Part shown: piece after piece, positions 52,421-64,000 of the stretch
Position numbering within the stretch: the first letter of the stretch is position 1
Layout: each line of letters begins with the position of its first letter
DNA from: Yuukianura sp. NJ FZ-2021
Taxonomy: Eukaryota
DNA length: 64,000 bases
Direction: 5' to 3'
Assembly: GCA_046563655.1 (NCBI GenBank)
Contig: CM102285.1
Span: 13,516,001-13,580,000, forward strand
Program-made: the position numbers and the translations under genes
The notes under the pieces: model-generated
The model's database searches: none
What the model was told of the DNA's origin: nothing
What the model saw: only the letters and a program-made list of their open reading frames with translations

Positions 52421-55400
52421 ATTTTATTGACAGCTCAATTTCTCCCCGTTCTCACTAAATCCACAAAGGGGTGTGTCACTCGCCCAAAAAAAATTCCGTT
52501 TTTGAAAAATTTGAAATCCGATTAGTATCTATTGTCCAACTTTTTAAAAAAGTCCGACAACCATCGTTCGCTCGTTCACCCGCTCCACTTTAAATTGACA
52601 TATTGCCCCGAATATGATAATTTCAAACAGGTATTATCCTATTCCATTATTTTCCAATTTGAATAGGGGAAATGTCAACTTCTTTTCTAAACCATTTTTA
52701 AGCCCAATTTTTAAAAAACTTAAAATCCCAGATTTGAAACCTCAACAATCGCCTGGATTAGACAAAGACCTCTCAAATGCTGCATATAGACGATAACCCG
52801 AACTTCCAACACTGTTAGGCTCAAAAACCTAACCGAAAATTGCAAAAACCCTCCAGTTCTTTTGAGTTAGTAGTAAATCAAATGAATAAAATTGACTATT
52901 CATACCCACTCTAACCCCGTTGGTATTATTGACACTTTCCATTTTCAATTGAGGTTGAAATAGGGCCAAAGTACTACAAAGAATGGGAACACGACGACTG
53001 AGGTCAAATTCAAACGTAACGATAATCCAATCCCACCACTTCCAAACCAAACCACTTTTCCCATGTGCCAAAAAAGAAAAAAAGAAATCACTTTCAATTT
53101 CATTGAAATTCTAAGCGAAAAGTGGCCAAGTTTCAAATTCAAAAATTTAGGATTGTGGACGCTGAGCTTCTGGAATCATCGGATTACCAAAGACAAAAGA
53201 GAGGCATATTTGAATTACAATCAATAGTAACCAAAACCAGCAGTCCAAAGTGTAACCGTTGAAGTAACCCACGTAACCTAATGGTAACCTACTCCATTTC
53301 TGAGGTAACCATTCAAAAAACACCAAACGAATCTCATTTGCAACGTAAATTACAAGTCGAGAGGGACCACGCAAAACAATCAGAGCACAGAGATCGTAAT
53401 TCAACACTTAAAAAAAAGAACAGTCTTCCATTTTGTTCAAACCAATGTTTAAAATTACAAAAATGAAATTTCACAAATTACAAAAAAAAAATGAAATTTT
53501 ACTCTTCACGACATGTTATACGATAACTCAATTTTTGAAAAAACTACACTCAACCTTCTTTTATGCAAAAATCTGATTTTCTTTATGCACGACGTCAAAG
53601 GTCATCAAAAGGTCAAAAATTTCAGTTTTTCATTTCGCAATTTATTCCTAAATAAAAAAAAATCCATAAAATTAAATACAAAAAGCCGCAAGGTTATCAC
53701 ATTTTAAAGCAATTTTTTGTTGCACATAAGAGAGAAAGCCTTTTTATGAATTTTTTGAACTTTTCATTGTAAAAGTTCCAGCCTCTAGGCCTTTTCTGTT
53801 CAAAATTCAAAATTGCTTCAAAAACGCTTTGTACATGTCCGTTTCTTCTCTTTTTTCGGAGACATTTATGATTGATGGAACAGAAATTTCATTTTCTTCT
53901 TTTCCATTGTCCCACACGTACGTGTACCTCCAACTTAGTTTTTTTATGCACTGGAAATTGTTTCTTTTCAACAATGCAGATTCAGAGCAGGAGCAGAGGG
54001 AAGTTTTATATCCTCCTTATTTTCCTTATTAGAAACTCTTTTTCTGAGAATCCGGGTACACAAAAAACTGGAGAAAAGAAATAAGAAAAAGTGGATTTCC
54101 CTTGTGTACACGCATGGAGATACTAAATTCAAATTCCCCAAAGATGACGAAGGTGATGTGGGCTGGAGAAAGGTCATTACGAATTCAATATGGAATCTCA
54201 AATCCAAACCAACGACTTTCCCCTAGCCTCTTTCTCCTCTTCTACACCCTAACAACACGACTCTTTTTTACTGGTTTTGTAAAACAATCAGGTAAACGGC
54301 TAAAACTTCTTGTAAACTTTTGTAATAAGGTTCTCAGAACATAAAATTCGAAATCAAAATAACCCAAAAACTAACACAACCTGGAAAATTAAAAGTTAGG
54401 CTAACAAAATTTCGCTGCACCTTGTGACTTCCACATTTCAATCGAACAATCTCTATTGTGTCCCAAAATTTCCAAATTTGAAACCAACAAAAATAAACTT
54501 GGGGAAAAAATTAGATCACTTTAGCTAAAAAGTCGGCTTCAGCTTCACCTTCGCTTCACCAGAAGGCGGGACTTCACGCTTCAAAAATTTCGAAACCAAA
54601 CCGAAAGTTGGAAAAACAAACGAAATTGTCTAAAATTATCGTCACTTCAAAAGTATCAAGTTCAACAAGAGATAAAGCAAGGTCATACGAGTATCTCGTG
54701 ACCTTTACTCTATGTTTGTTTGGTTATAAAAACCAGAAGACACGGAAAACACGCTGCAAGCCAAAATTTATTGTGGAAGGTCCAGAATTTCTACTCGCAC
54801 GCGATGTTTCCAAAATTTGATAGCTTTGAATCCTTCCTTCCGGCGAACCGCATAAGCTTCAATGTTTCCTGTTAGTTATGTTTCTTTCTCAAAAATACTT
54901 CAAGAAAAAATACGGACTTTTAAAAAACTGAAATCCGATCAACCACACGTTCCAAATCCAAAAGCCTTTCCGAACCATCGCTATGTAATAAACTAAACTT
55001 TGAAACCTACCCAAAACTGCTAATTTCCAAACTGAAACTTTCTACTTTATTCATAATCCACAAAATTTCTCTAAATGCATTTCTCTTCAACTAGTAACAC
55101 CCATCAGCACAGAAAACTAATCCTTTCCTGATTGCAAGAAAGGAGAAAGTGACACAAATCATTAATAAATGAAGACAAATTACGTAACGACGGATTCAAA
55201 ATCCGTTTTAAAAGTTTTTCAGAAAAAACTATCAGCCGTTATGCCACATAGCTCCCCTCATCCTTTCCACCAAGCAAATACTAAAAAAAAGTTTTAGAAA
55301 AATCTCATTTGCCTCATCAGAAAAAGTAAAAGTTTTGGAGCAACAATAAAAAAGAGAAAAAAGAAGAAAAAAGTTTTCTCTCAAAGTCTAATTATAAAAT

Positions 55401-58354
55401 AAAGTTATCAGACCTTAGTGTTTCACTTATTTTAAACTTTTTAGATCGAAGTTATATTTTTTTCAGAAAAAAGAGCTATGAGGGGAACTTGGTAGCAAAA
55501 CTTTAAAGTTAAAACTTTAAGGTATAGAAGAATGAGGGGGGAGATATTGTGCTCAATACATACCTAAATAAAAGATTTCTTGTTTCCTATTCTCTTTCCC
55601 CTCTTTTTAAAAAATTAGTCTCTAGTCATTACCATTATTTTTTATGGTTTTTTCTTTCTTCTTTTTCTCCCTTGAGACGTACCACTTTCTCAAATTATAT
55701 CACCAGCAGCAGCTCTACAGCCCCCCTCTTCTTCCTCTCTCTTCCTAAGCATAGGCTCAAAAAAGTTTCCAAATTATAATTACAGAAAGTAAGTACAGAG
55801 AAAGAACTTTCCCTTCATAAAGAAAAATTCTACTTAGATAAACACCAGCCAGAGAAAGTTTTCATTTTAATCTCCCTTCCTAAATTATCCTCCTTCGGCT
55901 ACCATACCATATGTGGTAGGCGATTTCTGAAAAAGTTCAAAAATTAGAAAACTTAAAACTCCGGGTTTGGTTACGTTTCGTTTTGTTACAAGTATCAGGA
56001 AACAGTTTTTGTTTTTCAAATAAGTAAGGACTCAAGTGCTTCCCGAGTCCACCATATGACAAATCGACATTTTCCTAGAAATGTTTTAATTCTTTCTTCA
56101 GAACGTCACAGGTAAATAGTTGACACCTTGCTTACTTTACATGCTAAAACTATCAACATGTTTTACAAAACAAACAACGGTGACAGTAAGAAGGAGAAAC
56201 TTCTCTGACTATGTAAAAAAAAATGAGAGATGAAAAAATTTTGAATTCATTTTTCATTGACGCCAATTACAAAATGGTATACTTTTCCCCCCATACGAAT
56301 AAAATTCCAGCAGCGATTTTTTTGTAAATATCTGTAGGAAATTGCACGGGTAAACAGAAAACAAAAATTTAACACAAAATAGTTTAGAAACTTTTTAAAA
56401 GGAGGGAAAACATGTTTAGAACCACTTCAAATTTACGTTTAGTGAAAACCACAAAGGCTCATCCAAAATTTATTCCATCTCCATGTCACACTCTTTTGTT
56501 GTCTCCGTTAAAAAAAAAGAGGCTGTTTCAGAAGATACAATTAGTATGAAAGTGGCCACAATTCATTTTCCTCCTGTCTGCTTTCCCTTTCCAAAAAGAA
56601 AGTGAAGTGTCCAGAGGGACTCCTTGAAAACAGAGATGCTCTCTCCTATCGTCTTACAAAAAATGACAATTATCGTTCTTTTTAGCATAGGCAAAGCGAA
56701 CTTCCCTTCTCTTTTCCCTATGCTCCCGTCCCATTCCTTGTAAAAATGTCTCATATACTTTCCTTCCCAAAAGACAAAAGCCTCCAGAAGCCATAAACTA
56801 TAAAAATGTCCTTGTAAACTGAATCTCCCCAGAATACTATATTTGTCAACCAACAACGTCTTGCCTAATTCACACTCTCCCGCCATTTTTGACAAGTATC
56901 CCATTTCACTTTCCTCTAATTTCATAAAAAAAGTTATCATAAAAACCTAGCACTTTTGAACACGACCTGAAAAGTGCCTTGGCTAATATTACACAACACA
57001 AAACATTTTCTTTACTAGAATTTTTGAGTAAACTTTCCCTCTTTTTTAAAAAAGACTTCCTAAATTTGTAGAAGAAAGGAAGAGCTTAACTACTCTATAT
57101 TTATGGGACCAATATGTCAATCAGGATAATCAAAATTCCATTGTGTTTTGAAACTTTTTTGAGTCTCTCCCCCCACAAAACGAAATCAAAATTTCATGTC
57201 CATAACTTTTCTTTTTTTGACATTTTTCTCCCTCTTGTTATGAGATTGATAAGACCAACAGCAGCAGAAACCTGACGTATTGTATATCGAAAAGAAGAAG
57301 AAAGTTTCCATTTGGACTTTTCTGGAGGAGGGGAAAGTCTTTTTTTCCTTTTCGTCTAGGGAAAATATTGATGCAGAAAGGAAAGTGGGGAGAGAAAGAA
57401 ACGTAAATTTTTTCCTGTTTTTTTAGAACTTTGAGATGAAACGTTTGAAGAATAATAAAAGCGGACGCTACTCTTGCTGGTTGTAAGCAGCGGTGGTAGA
57501 GTAGTGAGGCTGTCTGTGTAAAAAGAGGTCGGAGAACACCGTAAAGTAAGGAAAACAAAGCCAAATAGAAAATGGAAACTGGAGAAGAATAAAAGGTGAA
57601 TTTTACGACAGAAGTTGACTAAAAGCAATTCTTGTCTTTAAAAAGAAAAAAAAATCGTAAGGGAAGAGGATAAAAAATCTTCCCAAGTTACTACATATTG
57701 TTTAGATGCAAAGGGACTGGAAGTATAGGCGTAAAAGGCAGCACAAAAAGAAAGTTATAAGAATCTTTCTCTTTTCTATCCGAAAAGAGGACTTCTCAAT
57801 AATTCAGAAACGAAGGGCCCCTGGATTGAATCTACAACCAACTCATATTCAATAACTTCCTTAGCAGTATTCTATTTAATATTAACGAGCTCAGACTCAC
57901 CTCTTTTCCCAATGCTCCAGAAGAATCTCCTTTTCATGTGTACTATTCCAATTTCCAATTCCAGCAGTGAAAGTTGATGTAAAGTCAAAAGGTTCTGGCT
58001 ACTGATAATCAGACGTTGAATTTTGAATACCACCGATGTCCACTCAAAGATTCGGAAGACTGCCAAGCAACTGACCACAACCTATAGATGACAAAACAAA
58101 CAATACTTAATAGTACAAATTACAAACAACGGTTCGTCCGTTTTCAACTTCAACACATTACTAAAATAAAAGGAATTCAATTCAAAAGTTTGAATTTCAA
58201 AATATGCCATCGGCCGCGGAGCCTGGGGTACTGCTTCTACTTCAGATGTATTAACAGAAGCCTTTTACCGTTAACGAACCCCTTATCTTTGTGTTTTAGG
58301 AGTTCAATAAATACTTATTATTAATCTTTTACAAGTAAACTTTAATTAACTTAC

Positions 58355-58437
58355 CGGCGAAATCAAACTGTTGCTGAACTCGATCGGAGATAAGGCAATG
58401 TTGACGACGACAGCAGGAAGACGAAGAGCGACACTGA
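58355..58437 (-). promoter_or_regulatory. Candidate distal TSS and non-coding first exon, probably of TOX
   Basis: Initiator-like TCAGTG at 58437-58432, then a GC-richer ~80 nt stretch ending in the consensus donor CCG|gtaagt at 58354. Confidence 0.45.
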
Positions 58438-59054
58438 GTGATAATTAACAGTACTGAAAGCAACTAATTGTCAACATCTTAGTAAACAATTAACTAACAG
58501 CTGATAGTTAATAATTAACTTTGTTAGAAAAAAAATTAAATTAAAAATTTTGTAAACAAAAATCAGCGGTTGCTGAGTTGAACTCGCAGCCAACACACAG
58601 TCCCCGGACCACCCACCTGTGTGGGGCATCCTAAAATCTGAATATTAAAATGAATTATCATCATCAACCTGAGTTTAATTATATAATAAATCTATTACTG
58701 CTAAAATACATAATATAAATTAATAAATATATTATTATAATTACAGTAATTCAAGCTTATAATATACAAAAGTGACTCCAATTATTGGTACTATTGTTAG
58801 CCCAGATAAGAATGAAACGTAATACATGTAAGGAACTTTTGGTTTTCCCACTTGCACTGTTTCCCCGCTAAATTAAAATTGAATTCCAAATCAAAGGGAC
58901 AAGATGCGACACTCCAATCTCATAGTAAGAACAATAATAAATATTGGATTAAAATTATTTAATTTCAAATATTAATTCATTAATTATGAATTAATCATTA
59001 ATTAATTAACTGAATTATTTAATTTATTTAATCTTAACATAATTAGTAACCACA

Positions 59055-62000
59055 TTAAGGTTGGTTGGATTTCGTACGTCTAAGAAAATTAAGTGGACTA
59101 ATGGATCTGCGGGAACTGTGTGACAACGTTCTTGTCACTGGAACAATTTTCTTCAGTTGCACCGCTTTCTCTTCCTTGACTTTCAAGCAGTCGACGCAAG
59201 TTCGGTCGTGGTAGCAAGAGTAACAGAAAGGCTCACGATCCAGTTCATAAAAAGTGGTTTCATCCAGAATCAAATTGCAATTCTAAAGAAAATCAAGCAA
59301 ATCAAGGTTAACGCAACTTCTTCAAGTAATTCAAACATTCAATATTGGCAGTACTTTGCAAACGAAACAGTTTTTGTGCCAGTCCTTCCCGAGAGCAACG
59401 ACGCCATTTCCGGTCAGAGATTCAGCTACTGGCTTCCCGCAGTCCCACGCAGCACATTTTGGTCCGAAAAGATCCAGCCAATCATGTCGACAGTAAGCTT
59501 GTCCAGCTTCTTCAAAGTATTTTCCCTCTTCGAGAATTTTTTGACACTTGCCACATCTTAGGCAGCAACTCGCGTGCCAGTTCTTCCCGAGCGCTTTAAT
59601 TCCTCTCTACAATTTTCCAGACACAAATTAAGTTTGAATTCAGGAATTGCAAGTTTCAAAATATAAATTGCTGAGAGTAGTACGTGAATGATGGGATCAT
59701 GGCAGAAATCGCATTTTGTTGTAAACAACTTGTGATAATCTTTTTCGCAGTACAGTTCTCCATCTTTTTGGCGAAAGTTGTTAGCCGGAAGTGGCAGAGC
59801 ACATTCAAAACAAACGAAATGGTCACGATGAAAAGTTGTTCCAAGAGCGACGGTCATTTCCTAAATACACAAAGATCAAAGCTTAATGATGACAAAATTT
59901 TAAAAAAAAAATCGGTTTTCTGAAATTTTGTTTACCTTTTGGTCTTTAATGGGCAAGTTGCAATTGAAACACTTTGGAGAAAAGAGGCGATGAAAGCATT
60001 CTTCGTCATAAACGGCTCCATTTTTCTCCTTGTAGCTAAACGGACAAGCGACTTGACTGCATTTCTTGCAAGTGAAACACAGTGGATGATAGTTTTGTTG
60101 TAGAAATTTAACCGGAACCTAAAAAATTTCAAAACGTTCAATTTTCTTTACTGAATTTGAAAATTTACTCAAATTGAAAAATTTTGAAATTTTGCTTTCA
60201 CCTCATGAATGTATTTTGTGCAGACATGACATTTCGGAAGAAAAGTTTCCTTGTAGTCCATTTCGCAGTAAAAATTTCCATTCAGCTCTCGATATGAATC
60301 GCCGCTGAGACTTCGTGTACATTTGCAACAAACGAAACAGGCTTGATGAAAGTCCTTGTCCGGCAGTTCCACGATGTCTCCAATTTCCTGCAATTTAAAA
60401 AAAAATCTAAATCATTCTTTGCGTTTTTTCAAATTTTGAAAGTAAAAGTCCAAAAGCAGAGATGAGGTTATCGAAAATTTCTTGAAAAATCAAAAATTGT
60501 GGCAAACTTAATGACACTTTTGTCTCATCCTGATTCTGACTGATCATTATATTTCCATTCTACTAAACTTATCCATGGACCACTGCCTCCCTCGCTCCAT
60601 TAGTTCCACATTCTCGACACTCATAATCATGCAAAAACATACATCCACAAAAATTCAGAATTTTTGCCGCAAAACGGGAATTAAATTGGACTCAAAAGCG
60701 GCAATTTAAAATCAACTAGGCTACGGCTACCGACACTTATAAAAACTATAAAAGGAATGCCCATGTTACGCCTGCTCTCATTCGGTTTTTGTCAAGTATT
60801 GAAAGCGGCGCTTCAACGCGTCGGCGCAGTCCACTAATCGAATCGAATCTGACTTAGTCGCAATGAATAATTATCAATCTGTGAAATACGCTTTAGTTTT
60901 TGCCTTGTTCATAAGTTCTGTGAACACTGGAATGATCCAGGATTTCTTTAGCGGTTTTACAGCCAACATCCAGACGCCATTGGAACAGCCGTCATCTACG
61001 CTCTACCATCATCGTCAAAATGGGACAAACAGCAGTAAAAGGTAACGCAACTGAGATACTGGTGCAGAAAATTTTGAATTTTTGAAGTTTTTCAAATTTT
61101 TAAAATACGTTTTTAGTCATGTGATTGGTGAGAGTTTGGCGCGTGGTTATGACTCTGGCTACTACGAGCCCCACTATACGACCCACCATGGTTACTACCA
61201 CCAACATAGTAACAACATGGATTTGTATGGGCTCTTGGCTGGACTTTCCTTTGCATCGCTAATTGGAGCCGCCATTATTTATCTCGCAACTCGAAATGGT
61301 AAATGAGTAAAAGACGTTTTCTAAAAAACAAATTCAGCATAGTTTTTTGAAAAAATTTCAAAAACTCCGGGTAAAATCAAATTCATTTTTGTATTTGTAG
61401 CAACGGCAGGAAGGAGGCGACGATCTTTAGCCGATGATGAAGATTCGTTCAGTCATATCACAGATGCTATTGATGACCCGGCATGGGATAGACCAAAAGT
61501 TCAGCCATTTAAACTCTACTAATGAAAATTAAAAGTTAAACACGAGAGTTTAGTAACTTAAATAAAAGTTAACTTCCCATTATTGTCCTCAAAGTTAAAA
61601 GTTTAACATTTTAACATGTACACTTTCAGAAGCTCATGTTTGTATGCAAACACTAATCAAGGCTAACAGGAAGGAAAAAAGTGCGGTAGGTTAAATGTAG
61701 TTTACCTTGTAGATTGGCATCTTGCACGCATAACATTCTTTGTACTTGAACTTCAACGAATCTCCTATCGATGATGCTGTGTGCCATTTCTCTTCCCGTC
61801 GCTGACGCTCATCCCCGGAAAAGCCTTTTAAAATGATTGGCCTTCGAAATGGCTTCTTGTTCTTCCGATACGACGAGTCCTCTAAGGAAACAAAATTTTG
61901 ATCAATTAATCGTCAATTAGGTAGCAATCAATTATTAAAAATTGTCTGAACTTTCAAACGTAATACCTTCGCTACCACTGTTTTCTCCAAAGATATTCAT
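59055..62000 (-). CDS. Five-LIM-domain protein with paxillin/leupaxin-like LIM repeats and a short N-terminus
   Basis: Exons 62000-61967, 61881-61706, 60387-~60202, ~60118-59936, ~59860-59684, ~59606-59356 and 59282-59055 join in phase. LIMs start at CYAC, CHVC, CFNC, CDFC and CAAWDC. LIM1 is split by the intron 60388-61705. Confidence 0.85.
60738..60783 (+). promoter_or_regulatory. TATA + initiator core promoter of the nested gene
   Basis: TATAAAA at 60738 and TATAAAAG at 60747, with TCATTC at 60778 (31 nt after the second TATA) and the ATG at 60863. Confidence 0.6.
60863..61522 (+). CDS. Small (~160 aa) secreted or single-pass protein, nested antisense in the LIM gene intron
   Basis: Exons 60863-61041, 61117-61298 and 61401-61522, in phase. 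Signal-peptide-like start, Tyr/His-rich stretch, hydrophobic helix LYGLLAGLSFASLIGAAIIYLA, then GRRRRS. AATAAA at 61561. Confidence 0.8.
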
Positions 62001-63666
62001 TTTAAGAAACTTTGAAGTTGAAGTTGATGATGAAGGTGAAGCACAAGTACTGGCCAGAATTACTCCAGCGCAACCTTCTTAAATAGATTCCGTATTTCGG
62101 AATTTGAAGATGGAACAGATAATCGCAGATTTCCTTTTCGGGAAGTGGCTACTCCACCTCATCTCCATTTTTAATTACGCAACAACCACCTCCTTCTTCT
62201 TCGCATTTCAAATTTGCTACCTAAATCTCCAAATCTAGAAAAGAGCAAATCAAAAAATCAATTTCAATCATCAAATTACGAATTGTTTCCTCCCATTTTA
62301 TATTTTAGTGGTCCAAATGGGCAAAAAATGGAACCACTTTAAATATATCATTCTAAAAGTGAACAGGGCAGGAATATAAAACGTGTGAATTAGTTTTTGT
62401 ACGCAATGTTCAATGTCAAGGTTAGTGGCGGAGATGATTATATTAGGAAATGAAGCCAAGAAGGCGGCCACTACTAGACGACTTACAGAACCAGAAAAAT
62501 CAAAAAAACGACAACAATTACTATTCCAAAGCATCCCACGCATCAATAATCTCAACAAACCACAAAACAAACCTATTTCTCCTTACAAACACAACTTTCA
62601 CACGCGATTTATGAATTGGACAACATTACTGAGATTAGGAATGGCCCAGAAATCAGGACAGACCGACAGAGTCCACTGAATTTCATTACTTGGCTCTCAC
62701 CTGAAGTAAATTTTAACCAGCGTTGCTGAATATCTACGGTACTGACGCTTCGTCCAGTAGATATCCAGTGGATAATATTTCATCCGGTTTTATATGAAAA
62801 AAATTGATGGATAAAATGGATACTTCCGCCTGATTTGATATTGGTGGAAGAAATATTTTGTCCATTAGAGTTGTTACGTAATGTTCAGAGTCCATAGTTT
62901 CTAAATGTAATTGTTCCTGGAAGTGGATTTGGCAATGGAAAGTTCCACCCGACATTCATTTGTCCAGGTTGTCCTTTAGTAATCCAGGACATGGCTTTTG
63001 TGCACAATGACCTTGAAACAGAAGCGAGCAAAAAATCAACATAAACAACTTCGTTTATGTTTAATTATTGTTGCTGATTGCAAAACAATAGATAAATGAT
63101 GACCTCAAGATAATAATAACCTACAAAAAACGAAGTAGAATTTCGGACATGTACTTCCATGTGTAAACAGAAACAAGGATGTAAAATTCATGAATTGAAT
63201 AATCCAAGAATTTGATAACAAATCAGAACAAGAACGGATGTTCAAATGAACAGACAAATAGTTTAATTGATTCACTCTTGTCTATTTTTAAGAATATTCT
63301 AAAGGATAAGAGACCGTGGGCTGAGAACAAAAAAATCACAAAGCAACGGGTCCTATAACCTACGGGAGCACAAAAGTCTATGTACATTTTAAAATTCTAA
63401 AAAGAGACTCCCTTCAAATGAGTCCTAAAACTTGATCAATTAACACTAACAAAATCTAATTTCTAGGAATACAGGAGAGTGATAATCATATGTAGTAGTA
63501 GTCGTAGACTTAAGAATCAGTTCTTTGAGATCAAATGACAGAGTCATCACTGGACTTCTTCTGTACACTCCTCCGATTGTTCTTTGGATTCCTGTGTCCA
63601 GGTCTTTGGAAAAACAGTTTTTGCAAAAACTGGAGACTTGATTGGTTGTTTTCTTCTGCTGATTGG

Positions 63667-64000
63667 TTAGACCTGGATAGTAGGAGAGTGTGTATGTTTG
63701 GTTGAGAGATTGAGAGGTGACTCGTAATCTGGAAACAAAAACACCAAATAATGTTATTCACATTGCACTTAACTCATGACGCACCGTCATTTTGGAGTTT
63801 GAGTAAACAAATATTGTTTTGAAAGTGATCAACAATTACCTGGACTTTGTTCCGCCATGATGAGGGAGTGAATGTAGTCGCTCGTTTCACAATTGGCTGG
63901 CTTTTCGTTGAGTCTCAAAGCTAGCGTTGAATGTGGCGAGAAGACTGTTGTGGGGATGGTGTGAGTCAGCGTGGTTGGATGTGACTGGGCTGGAGGTGGG
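63667..64000 (-). CDS. 3' end of an unidentified gene entering from the right edge; Pro/Thr/Ser-rich tail ending ...DYESPLNLSTKHTHSPTIQV
   Basis: Open frame >64000-63840, donor CAG|gtaatt, acceptor ccag| at 63728 (phase 1), TAA at 63669-63667. Confidence 0.55.

Noticed and set aside
53968..54207. ORF beginning (L)DLRFH, resembling the vertebrate TOX N-terminus MDVRFY
   Set aside because: It starts at TTG rather than ATG, and the similarity does not extend. Treated as coincidence.
20050..58324. Numerous 60-130 aa K/F/L-rich ORFs in the six-frame track
   Set aside because: These are translations of A/T homopolymer-rich intron sequence, many with non-ATG starts and no coding signature.
58660..59050. 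Extremely AT-rich tract with TTAATTAA-type palindromes
   Set aside because: Consistent with the LIM gene 3' UTR/terminator and intergenic low-complexity DNA. Such palindromes are expected at this composition.

Overview
Eukaryotic genomic DNA, probably from an arthropod (GT-AG introns mostly 70-90 nt, TCAGT/TCATT-type initiators). Nearly all genes lie on the minus strand. The first 14 kb is a compact cluster: two tandem paralogues (1-3344, cut by the window edge, and 3955-7738), then PSMD9, PIG-U and TIM50. By manual splicing, both paralogues encode paired C2H2 zinc fingers fused in frame to an SMC6-like module. In the complete copy this module is about 400 aa, keeps both ATPase head halves, and has lost the hinge, most of the coiled coil and the catalytic motifs. 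About 16-58 kb is one large TOX-family HMG-box locus with candidate alternative 5' exons and several nuclear-receptor response elements. The last 5 kb holds a five-LIM-domain gene with an antisense gene nested in one intron, and the 3' end of another gene. The best candidate for an undescribed system is the zinc-finger / hinge-less pseudo-SMC6-head gene pair. All gene models and homology calls were made by eye, without searches or expression data.
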